DNA of 64,000 bases from the human T2T-CHM13v2.0 reference genome, Homo sapiens, in the NCBI RefSeq assembly GCF_009914755.1, contig NC_060940.1; one strand, written 5' to 3'. A model generated the notes under the pieces. The model had not been told where the DNA came from, made no database searches, and saw nothing but the letters and a program-made list of their open reading frames with translations. The position numbers and the translations under genes are program-made. Positions 40,203 through 56,760 of this stretch are shown here, in pieces. Each line of letters begins with the position of its first letter. Within the stretch, counting starts at the first letter, position 1.

Positions 40203-40913
40203 ATACCCTCTACTTGGTGGTGGAGTCAGGGTGTGAACCCATGTTGGGTAACCAATCAGAAAGGACTTCATTACAGCCCAGTGCTGTCCCAAGGAAGCCT
40301 GGCTGCTTGATTCCTGGACTCCCCACTTAGGGGTCCCACATCCTGGTCAGCTGTCCCCAAGCTGAGCACCCACCACTGCGACCACTGCTGGCCCCTGGCT
40401 CACTTCAGGTCCAACCCCTGTAACCCCCTTGGCCTTGAGAGTAGTGCTCTGACCACCGCCAAAGTCTTTCTCTTACCAAAGAATCCAGCCAAGGAATCAG
40501 CCTGCCTGATACTCTCGTCTCCTACCCTGAAGGCAAAACAAAGATGAGGTTTATATTTTTCTAATGCCCCTTCTAAACCCTTGGACCTTGAAGTTCGAAG
40601 GACCTATCTCAAGGTGAATGCCAATTTCTTCTTCATTTCAGCACTTTCCAGAATGATTTTTTCTTCTCTAAAATCCATTTTGATCTCCCGCTCAATGCAG
40701 AGCACCTTAGAAGAACAACAAAAGGGCCTCAGATTCTTTATCTACATCATGCAGTCTCGCCTGAAGGTAGAAAAGATGCAGAGGAATGGAACACGGATGG
40801 AGCCCAGGACATTATTTGTTTTTTTTTTTTTTTTAATGAACTAGCTTGTTGTCAAAAGAAGGCAAGATATGAGGATTTTGGATATGTGGGTTTCGCTCAT
40901 TCAGTGCAATTAG

Positions 40914-41209
<296 letters not shown>

Positions 41210-41530
41210 AACAACCTCTCTTAACTTCTCTTTCTTCGTGGGATTGGGATAATTAAAATAATTAGACAAATTATACAGGTGGCACTCCATCCTGGGGCCA
41301 CCAGCAACATCAGACTAATCCTAGCTTCAAGAAGTCAACACATCAAATTCACTTGGAAAGAAGGATGCCCATGTTCTTGACATTGGCATGACTTCTTCAT
41401 GGCTGCTGCTTTCGAGCCATCTGAGAAGGGATCTTTGCCTAGGGTGCTTAATCAGGGCACCCCCAAAACTGAAAACCAGTGAGTTATGACAGTGGCTGCT
41501 CATTTCAGCCTTTCCTATGATGCCCTGCCT

Positions 41531-41750
41531 CAGGGTTTCTCAGACACAACACTGTTAGCATCTGGGGCTGGGTTATGTTTTGTTACAGCAAGCTGTCCTG
41601 TGAGTTGCAGGATGCTTAGCAGCTTCCCTGGCCTCTACCCATTTGATGCCAGTAACAACACCTGCTACCCAATTGTGACAACCAAATCTCTTGCCACATT
41701 GCCAACTCTTTCCCCTGGAGGGCAGAATCACCTCCTATTGAGAACTCCTG
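41531..41750. mobile_element. MER20
   Basis: CAGGGTTTCTCA...CCTGGCCTCTACCCATTTGATGCCAGTA...TTGAGAACTCCTG. Confidence 0.85.
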
Positions 41751-42174
41751 TTCTGAGCAGAAAGGGGTGAGCATGGTCCTCTTCCTCACCAGGATTGCCC
41801 CCTATCCCAGAACCTCTGTATCTCAAAGATAACCCCAGTTCTCAGTCATGCCCCTCATCTCCTTGGGGCTCAGCCCACAGTGGCCAACAAGTACCACATG
41901 CTGTCTCCATATCCACATCTTACTCTCTGAGAGCCCACCTCCCAACTTCCTCCTATCCACTTCCTCATCTCCATTCAAGCACCCCAGCCCACCTTTCCAT
42001 CAGGGAGCTCAAGATTCTGAAATCCAGCGGACGCCATCTGGGACACTCATTGCTGACACACATCCACTTCTCTTGCTCTCTGATCCCTTAGCAACCAATG
42101 GCCCACATGGATTCACATGCCTTTGATTTGTGATTTCAAAAGTATCCACTCTTCAAAAGCCTCTGGTGAATAAC

Positions 42175-42500
42175 ATTTGTTATATATAACAATACATATA
42201 TAAATAATAACAATAACTACATATATTTATGTAGATATGTATTTATGTAGTTATTGTAATAAATATATAACATATATATGTTATATATTTGTGTTTATAT
42301 TTAAATATTTTTAATTACATATAAACATATTTATGTTTACATTTAACATAAATATATTTTTTATTACATATAAACATATATTTATGTTTACATTTAACAT
42401 AAATATATTTTTATAAATATAAACATAAATATATGTAGTTTTTGTTATAAATATATAAATGTAAAAAATATATAAGTGTAATAAATGTAAATAACATTTC
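42175..42500. repeat. AT-rich low-complexity region with a ~50-bp tandem unit
   Basis: TTACATATAAACATAT(AT)TTATGTTTACATTTAACATAAATAT occurs twice. Confidence 0.85.
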
Positions 42501-42756
42501 TTATGCCTTTTTGTTGAACACCTACTATGTGCCCAACGTTTTAGATACCTAATGTCATTTAAGCTTTGAGCAAACTTACAAACACAGACCCATGGGCACT
42601 TCCTAGCATTTCATTATACCATGTAGGTTCACCAGCATATATTTTTTAGATCTCATTTCAGCAAAATGTAAGATTCTAGGGGCAAAAAGTGCAAAGTTGT
42701 TCCCCACCACGTTGTGAAGCTCAGGGCTAAACTTGCCTTTTCTTTTGTTTAAAACA

Positions 42757-42971
42757 CTTTTTTTTTTTTTTTTTTGAGATGGGTCTCACTCTGTCACCCA
42801 GGCTGGAGTGCAGTGGCACGATCTCGGCTCACTGCAACTCTTCCTCCTGGGTTCAAGTGATTCTCCTGCCTCAGCCTCCCAAGTAGCTGGGACTACAAGT
42901 GCATGCCATCATGCCCAGCTAACTTTTTGTATTTTTAGTAGAGACGGGGTTTCACCATGTTGTCCAGGCTC
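42757..42971 (-). mobile_element. 5'-truncated AluS
   Basis: Ends within the left arm; TSD TAAAACACTTTT on both sides. Confidence 0.9.
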
Positions 42972-43089
42972 ATAAAACACTTTTTTATTCTGATCTCTCC
43001 ATTTGTGTAACTTTTTTCCTACTTTCTATGCCTCATCTTCAAGGTAGCTTCCTCAAGAAGGCCTCCCTTACTCTCCAAACTAGGCCAGC

Positions 43090-43620
43090 ATATACTTTGG
43101 GATAAATTTGGCTGCGAATAACAGAACTCTAAATCACTAAGCGATAAAGAAAATAAATTTGTAAATTACGTTATTTTAAAAGCCCAGCAGTATGGTCAGC
43201 TTCAGGTAAAGTTTGATCCAGCAGGTAAGCAATATAACTGAGACATAGCTCTTTCCCTCTGTTTCCCAGGCTTGCTTCACATCTATCTATTCCATTTACA
43301 ACAGGCTTTCCCTTCGGGTCATAAGATGACAGTCAAGAGTTCCCTTGCCTAACTTCTTCCAGATGTAAGTCCAACAAAATAGACAATTTCCACTTTTTCA
43401 GTGTTTCAAATATCCTCAAAGTAAATCTGGTTGGCCTCTATGACCAGACTTGCATAATGTGTTAATCTCCAAACAAATCACTATGGTTATAGCCAAGAAA
43501 AGCTTACCTGTGGGGTTGAAAAGGAGGATCAACACCCTCAAAACCACAAGGCTGGGAAATTTAAGGTGCTGCTAAAAAAGGGGGGAGATGAAATAAATTC
43601 TGAACAGGTGACAAGTATCC
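43090..43620 (-). mobile_element. Old MLT1 LTR
   Basis: TTTGGCTGCGAATAACAGAA, GCTTCAGGTAAAGTTTGATCCAGCAG motifs. Confidence 0.5.
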
Positions 43621-43633
43621 ATTAGAATCTCAC

Positions 43634-43935
43634 CTTTTTTTTTTTTTTTTTTTTTTTTTGACAGGATCACACTCTGTTACCTAGGCCAGAGTGCAGGTGT
43701 GCAAACACAGCTCACTGCAGCCTCAACCTTCTGGGCTTAAGTGATCCTCCCACCTCAGCCTCCCAAGTAGCTAGGACAACAGGCATGCACCACCACACCT
43801 GGCTAAATTTTGTATTCTTTGTAGAGACAGGGTTTTGCCATATTGCCCAGGCTTGTCTTGAACTCCTGGGCTCAAGCAGTCATCCCGCCTTGGCATCCCA
43901 AAGTGCTGGGATTACAGGCATGAGTAATTACCAGT
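43634..43935 (-). mobile_element. AluJ
   Basis: Antisense J-type dimer with long poly(T). Confidence 0.95.
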
Positions 43936-45885
43936 CTAGAGGCTCACTTCTTGATTTCAACTTTCTAAATACTGACTGACCCTCAGCTGTGACTCCTTGT
44001 TCCATGCAGGAGTCCTCCACCAGAATGTAATACCCATGAAGTCGAGGACTGAATCCCTCTCCTGTGCCGTATACCATCCCTTATACCTAGCACAGTGCCT
44101 GGAACATACTGAGTGCTCAATAACCACCGGTCTAATGAATTCATAAAAAGGCAAGTGAGTAAATGAATGAATCTGCTGACTGGATGTGATCTGTGATGTC
44201 TCGGGGCCTGTTGCAGGGGGTAAGAAAGAGGTGAAGCTGGTAGATCCAGGAGTCTGCAAATCCCTGCTTAAACCAGATCGACACATCGCATACCTGTTTT
44301 GCATTTTGGAGGGCTCTTCTTAAGATTTCATTGCTAAAAGGGTTTCATTGCTTTGAAAAAAGATATCTTTGAAAACCATTGCTGTAATGCGAAAAGCAAG
44401 GCTTTGAAATCTGAAAACCTTGGGTGAAATCCCACGTTTTACTGCGTTTTATGTCAAAAAAATGCAAATTCACTACCGTGGTCTACAAGGCCTTGTGTGC
44501 TGGCCACTACCTACCTCCAGGCCATTCCCACAGCCACATAGCCACAGGACTTCCTTTCATGTCCTTGGGTTTCTCAAGGTCCTTCCCCTCTCACACCCTG
44601 TGCACACTGCCGGGAACGCTGTCCTCCACTCCTGCTCCCAATGCTTTATATGACTGGCTGCCTCTCCATTTCTACTCATCTGCCCAATAGCTTCTCAGAG
44701 AAGCTATCTGGAACATTCTGTCTAATGTAAATATTCACCTATTTTCTACCTTTTCAGCCCCGTGATGTTTGCTTCACAACTTTATTTTCATTCGTTTTTT
44801 CATTGCATTTTTAGCTCCCCAAGTACGATATGTCACCCCACAAGGGCAGAGGTAGTATCTGTCTTGGTTGCCACTGTGTCTCCAATGCCTAGAATGCTTT
44901 CAGGCATAATTTTGCATCAATACTCGTTGAATAAATGAGAATAGTTACATGACGTCAATAGGAACCTACCTGAACCTCCGTTTCCTCGTCTCTAAGTTGG
45001 GGATGATACAAATTACCTCTCAGAAAGTGGTAATTATTAATTAAGCGGGATCCTGTCTGCAATGCCTCTGGCACTGGAGGGCCACGTTAGCATTCACTGC
45101 CTGATTTCCTGCCTGCCTGCCAACTCTAGGCTCAGCAGCCTCAGCCTGGGGAGCCTCACTTGGAACTAAATTACATCTAAACCCAGAGCCATCCTTTAGC
45201 TGTGAAGCTGACAGGGGCTTGCAATCCTGCCTGTCAGCCTTAAGCTGCCACACATCTGAACACACAAACTGAAAAATTAATGTCCCTGGAAGGCATTGTC
45301 TCCCTTCCCATAGACACCACTGACCTTGCCTCTCTGCACAGCAGCGGAAGCCGGAGCTCCTGCTTTCACTGTCTGGGTGAAAGCCTCAGCACTGCAGGGC
45401 TGGCAGGAAACAGGAAAGAGGCTAGCATTCTCCTTGCATCTGAGGGCAACGGCAGGACTTAGTGTCTGGGCTGAGAACTCATTAAGTCAGTACGGGAACT
45501 GGCAGGCACATTTGAGGTGAGAGCAAAGGCTCAGGCGACCTCCACATTCAGTGTTAGAGTCTGTAACCCATCTCTCTGGGACATCAGCAGGCCAGCTCCA
45601 GACAGGGCCAGATGGGAGTCACAGGCTGGGAAGAAAGGGGCTCAAGGAGTGCACCAGAGTGAAGGAGAGAACACCATTAGACCGTGACTGTAATCTTGTA
45701 GATTCTTAAGAGCAACAGGCTCTTTCACGGCCTTGCAGGCAGACCAACAGACAATCCACTGCAGTCCTTCCAGCATGATGGCAGAGGTAAGCTCAGCATT
45801 TTATGATAGACCTTGGTTTTGGCTTGGACCATTCCTAGGGACCTAGACTTATCATCTGCTTCTTCCTTCTTTTGTCATCTGAGAC

Positions 45886-46050
45886 CAGTGTTCTAAAACT
45901 GGCCACCCAGAATGTGGTCTGCAGATGAGCAGCAGTGACAGAACCCTTGGATGTTTGCTAAAAAGCAGAGTCTCAGGCTGCACCCCAGAACTGCCACTCA
46001 GAATTGCATTTCAACAGGGGACTTGCATGTGTGTTGAAGTTTAGGGGGCT
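45886..46050. mobile_element. MER5A-like MITE
   Basis: GCAGAGTCTCAGGCTGCACCCCAGAACT...TGCATTTCAACA. Confidence 0.6.
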
Positions 46051-46060
46051 TTCTGTGAGC

Positions 46061-46885
<825 letters not shown>

Positions 46886-46929
46886 GTGGCTTTACAACCC
46901 AATGGTGTTGTCCATTGTGACATGTGTTT

Positions 46930-47305
46930 TGTAGTAATCCGTTCTCACACTGCTATAAAGAACTGCCACAGACTGGATAACTAATAAAGAAAAGAGACTT
47001 AATTGACTCACAGTTCCACAGGTTTTACAGGAGCCATGGCTGGGGAGGCCTCAGGAAACTTATCATGGTGGAAGGGTGAAGGGGAAGGAAGCACACTTCA
47101 CATGCTGGCAGGAGAAAGAAAGCAAAGAGGGAAGTGCGACACACTTTTAAACAACCATATCTTGTGAGAACTCACTGTCACGAGAACAGCAAGGGGGAAA
47201 TCCACCTCCATGATTCAGTCACTGCCCACCAGGTCCCTCCTCCAACATGTGAGCATTACAATTAAACACATGATTTGGGTGGGAACCCAGAGCCAAACCA
47301 TATCA
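46930..47305 (-). mobile_element. MSTA solo LTR
   Basis: CACTGCTATAAAGAACT...GGCCTCAGGAAACTTA...CAGAGCCAAACCATATCA. Confidence 0.9.
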
Positions 47306-47456
47306 TGGTGTGAGGGTGTGTGCAATGCAGTGGTTATAAGCTTGGGATTTAGGGTGGAAAAACGAGCACTTGTATTCCAGCTCTGCCATGCTGGTGGACT
47401 CTGACCTCTCTCCAAACCTTAGCTTTCCTGAAAACGTGAAAGACAAGAGAACTCCT

Positions 47457-47839
<383 letters not shown>

Positions 47840-47885
47840 TCATCACAGCACCTGCCACATGCTGGGTGCCTTGTGCCTATTATTA

Positions 47886-50800
47886 TCATTTTTATTAATT
47901 TTTTTATTTCCATAGGTTATTAGGAAACAGGTGGGGTTTGGTTACATAAGTAAGTTCCTTAGTGGTGATTTGTAAGATTTTGGTGCCCCCATCACCCAAG
48001 CAGTATACACTGACCCAATTAGTGGTCTTTTATCCCTCACCCCCTTCCCACCCTTTCCCCCTGAGTCCCCAAAGTTCATTGTGTCTTTCTTATACCTTTG
48101 CATCCTCATAACTTAGCTCCCACATGTGAGTGAGAACATACAATGTTTGTTTTCCCATTCCTGTGTTACTTCACTTAGAATAATACTCTCCAATCTCATC
48201 CAGGTCACTGCAAATGCCGTTAATTCATTCCTTTTTATGGCTGAGTAGTATTCCGTCCGTATATATACCACAGTTTCTTTATCTACTCATCGATTGATGG
48301 GCATTTGGATTGGTTCCACATTTTCGCAACTGCAAATTGTGCTGTTACAAACTTGCCTGTGCAAGTATCTTTTTTGTGTAATGTCTTCTTTCTTTCTGGG
48401 TAGATACCCAGTAGTGGGATTGCTGGATCAAATGGTAGTTCCACTTTCAGTTCTTTAAAGAATCTCCACACTGTTTTCCACAGTGGTTGTACTAGTTTAC
48501 ATTCCTATCAGCAGTGTAGAAATGTTCCCTGTTCTCCACATCCATGCTCACATCTATTATTTTTTGAGATTTTATTATGGCCCTTCTTGCAGGAGTAAGG
48601 TGGTATCACATTGTGGTTTTGATTTGCATTTCCCTGATCATTAGCGATGTTGAGCATTTTTTCATATGTTTATTGGCCACTTGTATATCTTCTGTTGAGA
48701 TTGTCTATTCATGTCCTTAGCCCACTTTTTGATAGGATTGTTTGTTTTTTTCTTGCTAATTTGTTTGAGTTCACATTGTAGATTCTGGAAATTAGTCCTT
48801 TGTCAGATGTATAGATTGTGAAGATTTTCTCCCACTCTGTGGGTTGTCTGTTTACTTTGCTGACTGTTCCTTTTGCCATGCAAAAGCTCTTTAGTTTAAT
48901 TAAGTCACAGCTATTTATCTTTGTTTTTACTGCATTTGCTTTTGGGTTATTGGTTATGAAATCATTACCTAAGCCCATGTCTAGAAGGGTTTTTCCAATG
49001 TTATCTTCTAGAATTTTTATATTTTTAGGTCTTAGGTTTCAGTCCTTGATCCATCTAGAGTTGATTTTTGTATAAGGTGAGAGAAGAAGATCCAGTTTTA
49101 TTCGCCTACATGTGGCTTGCCAATTATCCCAGCACCATTTGTTGAATAGGTTGTCATTTCCCCATTTTATGCTTTTGTTTGCTTTGTCGAAGATCAGTTG
49201 GCTGTAAGTATTTGGGTTTATTCCTGGGTTCTCTATTCTGTTCCATTGGTCTAGTGCCTATTTTTATGCCAGTACCATGTTGTTTTGGTGCTTTATAATA
49301 TAGTTTGAAATCAGGTAATTTGATGCCTCCAGATTTGTTCTTGCTTAGTCTTGCTTTAGCTATGTGGGCTCTTTTTTGATTCCATATGTATTTTAGGATT
49401 GCTTTTTCTAGTTCTCTGAAGAATGATGGTGTTATTTTGGTAGGAATTGCATGCAATTTGTAGATTGCTTTTGGCAGTATAGGCATTTTTACAATATCAG
49501 TTCTACCTGTCCATGAGCATGGGATGTGTTTCCATTCGTTTGTGTCATCTACCATCTCTTTCAGCAGTGTTTTGTAGTTTTCCTTGTAGAGGTCTTTCAC
49601 CTCCTTGGTTAGGTATATTCCTAAGTATCTTTTTTGTCAGCTATTGTAAAAGGGGTTGGGTTCTTGATTTGATTCTCAGCTTGGTCACTGTTGGTGTATG
49701 GAAGAGTTACTAATTTGTGTACATTAATTTTGTATTTGGGAACTTTGATAAATTATTTTATCAGCTCTAGGAGCTTTATGGAGGAGGTTTTAGGTTTTTC
49801 TAGGTAAACAATCACATCATCAGCAAATTGTGACAGTTTGACTTCCTCTTTACTGATTTGGATGCCCTTTATTTCTTCCTCTTGTCTGATTGCTCTGACC
49901 AGGACTTCCAGTGCTATGTTGAAGGGGAGTGGTGAGACTAGGCGTCCTTGTCTTGTTCCAGTTCTCAGAGGGAATGCTTTCAACTTTTCCCCATTCAGTA
50001 TTATGTTGGCTGTAGGTTCGTCATAGATGGTGTTTATTACATTAAGGCATGTCCCTTGTATGCCAATTTTGCTGAGAGTTTTAATCGTAGAGATGCAGGA
50101 TTTTGTCTAACGATTCTTCTGCATCTACTGAGATGGTCATGCGATTTTTGGTTTTGATTCTGTTTATGTGGTGTATCACATTTATTGACTTGCATTTGTT
50201 AAACCATCCCTATATCACTGGTATGAAACCCACTTGATCATGGTGGATTATCTTTTGGATATGTTGTTTGATTTGGTTAGCTAGTATTTTGTTAAAGATT
50301 TTAGCATATATGTTCATCAGGGACATTGGTCTGTAGTTTTCTTTTTTACTTATGTCCTTTCCTGGTTTTGGTATTAGGGTGATACTGGCCTTATAGAATT
50401 ATTTAGGGAGGGTTTCCTCTTTCTCTATCTTGTGGAATAGTGTCAATAGAATTGGTACCAATTCTTCTTTGAATGTCTGGTAGAATTCTGCTGTGAATCT
50501 GTCTGGTCCTGGACTTTATTTGTTGGTAATTTTTTTATTACCATTTCAATCTTGCTACTTGTTATTGGTCCGTTCAGAGTATCTAATTCTTCCTGATTTA
50601 AGCTAGAAAGATTGTATGTTTTCTAGTTTATGTGCATAAAGGTGTTCATAGTAGCCTTGAATGATCTTTTGTATTTCTGTGGTGTCAGTTTTAATATCTC
50701 CCATTTCATTTCTAATTGAGCCTATTTGGATTTTCTGCCTCCTTTTCTTGGTTAACCTTGCTAATGGTCTATCAATTTATTTATCTTTTCAAAGAACCAG

Positions 50801-51594
50801 CTTTTTGTTTCATTTATCTTTTGTATTTTTTGTTTGTTTGTTTGTTTGTTTGTTTCAATTTCATTTAGTTCTGCTTTGATCTTGGTTATTTCCTTTCTTC
50901 CACTTGGTTTGGGTTGGGTTTGTTCTTGTTTCCCTAGTTCCTTGAGTGTGACCTTAAATTATCTATTTGTGCTCTTTCAGACTCTTTGATGTAGACTTTT
51001 AGGGCTATGAAGTTTCCTCTTAGCACCACATTTGCTATATCTCAAAGGTTTTGATAGCTTGTGTAACTATTGTCATTTCAGTTCAAATAATTTTTTAATT
51101 TCCATCTTCATTTCATTTTTGACTCAATGATCATTCAGAAGCAGGTTATTTAATTTCCACATATTTGCATGGTTTTGAAGGTTCCTTTTGGAGTTGATTT
51201 CCAGTTTTATTCCACTGTGGTCTGAGAGAGTGCTTGATATAATTTCAATTTTCTTGAGTTTATTGAAGCTAGTTTCGTGGCCTATCATATGGTCTATCTT
51301 GGAGAAAGTTCCATGCACTGTTGAATAGACTGTCTAGTCTGTGGTTGTTGGGTAGAATGTTCTGTAAACATCTGTTAAGTTCATTTGTTCAAGGGTATAG
51401 TTTAAATCTATTGTTTCTTTGTTGACTTTCTGTCTTGATGACCTGTTTAGTGCTGTCAGTGGAGTATTGAAGTCCCCCACTATTATTGTGTTGCTGTCTA
51501 TCTCATTTCTTAGGCCTATTACTAATTGTTGTATAAATTTGGAAGCCCCAGTGTTAGGTGCATATATTTTTAGGATTGTGATATTTTCCTGTTG
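47886..51594 (-). mobile_element. 5'-truncated L1PB1-like LINE with disrupted ORF2
   Basis: L1PB 3' UTR; ORF2 fragments in the ORF track ([38 protein letters not shown]); 18-bp TSD GCCTTGTGCCTATTATTA at 47868-47885 and 51595-51612. Confidence 0.95.
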
Positions 51595-52195
51595 GCCTTG
51601 TGCCTATTATTAATTATTGTTACAGCTACTGAATTGCTTCTAGTAACAAAGTATCCATGTTTGTGAATTACTTACTCCCTCTTTTCTTTATTGAAAACTT
51701 TGAGCAGATTCAAGTTAACCTTATACTAGGTGCATTCCCACCTGCATTGGGAGGAACACTGCAGGAGGAAAGTGTGGACACAGAGAGAGGAACCTGGAGC
51801 TGCAGCTCTCTCCACCCTCCCTGAACTGCCACTCCTGATGATCCGGGAGAAACTCAGCACTTTCATAGAATAACAGAGCTGTGTTTTTTTCTAACTACAA
51901 ATGGGGTCACGGTTTTTTCACAGTCTGAATCCCACCATGGTAGAGTGCTGGACAACTGAAAGTCCTCTGTTGTATGTATTGCAGAAAAAACACAGCCGGA
52001 AATCATTGATTTAGTCCAAAGTTAAGCAGCCCTGAGAGTGGACAGGATCCAAGCGGATGGTCATTCTGGATCTGCATGAGGGCAGGAAAAGGTGACAGAG
52101 AAGAAGGAAAGAGGGACAGGACACAGGACAGGAGCCAGAGGGCACCACAGATGGGATGTGGACAGCCCTGGGGCTCAGGTTAGAACTGGGATTGA

Positions 52196-52502
<307 letters not shown>

Positions 52503-52559
52503 GAACTGGGATTAGGCTGGGGTTAGAGCCAGGGCTAGGGTCTAGGTTCATTTTAAAGC

Positions 52560-52700
52560 CATGGTTCTCAGCTTGGGTTACATTACAGTCACCTGGGGGA
52601 CATATTAAATACCTGGGATCCACCCCTTGGAGACTGTGATTCAACTGGTGAAGTCTGGGCATGAGTCTTTGTTAAAAGCCTGCGGGATTGAGAACCCATG
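52560..52700. mobile_element. MER5-type MITE
   Basis: Terminal inverted CATGGTTCTCA...TGAGAACCCATG. Confidence 0.6.
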
Positions 52701-54048
52701 AAGAAGATGTGAAGAGATCCATGCAAGAAGCAAGCGGCGGAGACCACATTCAGAATGAAGAGTCATCCATCCTTCCATTCAGTCCTCTCCTGAGCAAAAT
52801 TTTTGCCCCCTGATATCAGAGGGCCCAAGCCAATTCCAGAATAATGCAGTAGTAAGTACTCAAACCAGGGAACTTAAGTTCCCTTTGATTTATTTAATTA
52901 AGTCAAGAAAAAAAGGCAGGGTTGGGCCCAGGTCTTAGTTGGAACACGCTTCCAGTAGCACTCATTCAGAGAAGGATGCAGCTTAGACACAGACCTGGTT
53001 GATGTCAGGTCTGGATACATAATTGATTTCTGTCTTTGTGCCTCTTTCTCTCATAACAGGGCTGTTGTTAGGACAGGCTGGCACCCCTAGAAAGCTCCAG
53101 TTGGCTTGCGCAGATGGCTTCCCTCCACTTCCAGTGGGAAATTGACCTTTGGAAAGACAGGGTTTCAGTCTTGAAGAAGATTTTTAGCTCCCCAATGAAA
53201 ATTCTCAATACTATATAAAGAGACAAATATTTATATATGTGTATGCACATACATATATATTAACTTTCAATCACACTTAACATTGATGGAAATCCTTAGC
53301 AATTAGTGTCTAAGAAAACATCCTCTGTTAAGGCTGTAACTGACTGTGTTGGTTGCCCTGCTCCTCTACCCATATAAATAGCTCCAACCAATCAAACAGA
53401 AACTCTAAAATTAAGCATAAAAATGCAACATCAACTGCCAATTTAATAGTATTTCCTGGAAAGTGAGTAGATACATATGGTCCCATTTTGCAGATGAGGA
53501 CATTTAGCTGCCATAGGTTAATTGATTCATTTACAAGGTTGAACTGATCTCAAAGTCTATACAGCCCCTACCTCTGGCTTTAGGCAAATGTTTGTTTCAA
53601 TTTTAGGAAGAAGGTCAACTTTAAGGGTACCATAAAAGGAAAAAAACGACTGAGAAAACATGGTTGCTCCCAGTCTCCTGTGTCAGTCTAGCTCCTGATG
53701 GGCACCAGGCTGCAATGAAGTTGGCACAAGATCAAGATTACAAAGGCAGAAACATGAATTGCCTACCTCATTCCTCCCACGTGCCCATGATGCAAACAGG
53801 GTCTGCACCCAAGCCCCAACCCCATTTCCACCTGTGCCCAGCCTGGCAGTGTCTGGCAACAAGTCACCACATATTGATCTCTCTTAACTGATATTAATGA
53901 ATCATAGGGTACTTCCTATGTGGCAAGGGCCACAGGAAGTCTCTCGTTAATTTATTTATTCATTTATTCAACAAATATTTACTGAGCAGCTACTACTTTC
54001 CAGGCATCGTTCTGGGAACTTTTTGTGCATGACTTAATGGAATTCTCA

Positions 54049-54671
<623 letters not shown>

Positions 54672-55009
54672 CCTGAGGTAGGGATTGTTATCAGGTTCAT
54701 TTCACAGTTAGGGAGATGAATGCTGATGCAGATTGTGGCTTGCAGGAAACAGCACCAGAAAGCAGCAGCGTTCACACTCATATCCACCTTTATCCTAAGT
54801 CCCCAGACCTAACTAATGCCTTCTCAGTATCACCCAAAGCCTAAGTCTTCCCTTATTCCATGGGATAACTGCACACAAAACCAGGATCTTCCAGCTGCAG
54901 ATAGAGCAGCTCAGCAATTCCCAGCCTTAATTACAGGAAGGGCGGGGACTCCTGCATGTCCAGGGAGGAAAAGACCTAATTATAATTGTCTAACGAGAAA
55001 CCACTACAT

Positions 55010-55398
55010 CCTATGGAGACAGACGATGACAGAGACAGGGGGACAACGAGGAGTGAAGGAAAAGACAAAAATAGAGGCAAGAGACAGGGAGGGGAGAGAT
55101 GAAGAATGAAAGAGAAAGAAGAGGGGATAAGGGATGGAAGAAATGAGCAAGCAGAGAGAGAGGGGAAGAGGAGGGAGCAGCAGCAAGAAACACAGGGGAG
55201 GGGGAGAGAGAAAAACCAAGAAGACAGAAAAAGTGGAGAAACAGACCCAGAAAACCAGAGGGGAGGAGGCAAGAGGCAGGCATGAGGGAAAACACAGGAG
55301 GCAGACAGCAAGAGAGGAGAGGGAGAGGGAGAGGGAGAATAGGAGCCATGCGCCCCCCAGCACACACACACAGACACAGACACACACACACACACACT
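55010..55398 (+). repeat. Purine-rich (GA) low-complexity region followed by (CA)n
   Basis: Composition visible directly. Confidence 0.8.
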
Positions 55399-55976
55399 CT
55401 CCTGTGGTTGGTTGTGTTTTGTGCATGTTCCTCTGAAGAGACCCTGGGAGCAGCCATCCCTGCAGCACCGCCCTCGTGCTCAGCCAGGGCGAAGGACATG
55501 CCTATCAGACAGGCGCTCTGTAAAGGAGCTAGTGCCCAAGGTAAAACTGATTTTATATGTTTGTTTGTTCTGACCTTGACTGTTCCCCATTGGGATGCCT
55601 CAGAAGCAGCATTGAATATAGGAGGAGATATGAATGTGTCTGTGCTGTGGCTGGATCAGGGCAGCTCCATGCAGGAAATGCCACAGGCTCTGAGCCAGCA
55701 GGTGGACCTGTGAGCCTCACCGTCCAAGGGGCAGAGTTGGCTCAAAGGACCACAGGCTGTGATGCACCTGGGGCTACCAGAGTCATGAGGCATGTTTGAG
55801 GCCAGGAATGTCGACCCAAGGAGAAGAGAATGCGCATCAGAAAAGATGGAAGAGAAATGGAAAAACCAACATGGCTAAGAGGCTGATCCCAGAGGTGCAA
55901 TAACCTAGGGAATCTGGCTAACAGTGCTTCATCATGATCATGATCATGATCATCATCATCTCTCTACTTTAACCTC

Positions 55977-56268
<292 letters not shown>

Positions 56269-56292
56269 TATTTTAAACCCTTAAAAAATGTA

Positions 56293-56760
56293 ATTTTTTT
56301 TTTTATAGATAAGGTCTCACTCTGTTGCCCAGGCTAAAGTGCATGATCTGTTTAGCCCAGGCTAAAGTGCATAATCTCACTCTGTTGCCCAGGCTAAAGG
56401 CATGATCACAGCTCACTGAAACCCCAAACTCCTGGGCTTAAGTAATCCTCCAATCTCAGCCTCCTGAGTAGCTGAGAAAACAGGTGCCCACCATCATGCC
56501 TGGCTAATTTTTAAATTTTTTGTAGAGACAGTGGTCTCACTAAGTTGCCCAGGTTGGTCTCCAACTATTTTGCCTCTTAATGCTAGACACCGTACTAAAT
56601 ATTTTACATCATTTAACCCATACATCAATGATATGAGGTTGCACAGATGTTATCCCCATTCTCCAGGTGAGAAAACTGAGGCTCAGGAAGCCTTCTCCCA
56701 AGGTCCCCAAACTAGTAAATAATACCATGGATCTTGAACTCAAATCTTCCTGATGCCTAT
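56293..56760 (-). mobile_element. Truncated AluJ (56293-56565) joined to MIR (to ~56760)
   Basis: Alu ends at GGTCTCCAACT; the MIR core GAAAACTGAGGCTCAG follows. Confidence 0.85.

Noticed and set aside
45702-45786. Plus-strand exon-like segment ending GAG|GTAAGC
   Set aside because: Good donor but weak polypyrimidine tract; no linked exons or recognisable frame
48283-51318. ORFs with RT/endonuclease-like peptides
   Set aside because: Frameshifted L1 ORF2 remnants, not a host gene
52505-52547. Telomere-like hexamers
   Set aside because: Too short and degenerate; no run of TTAGGG
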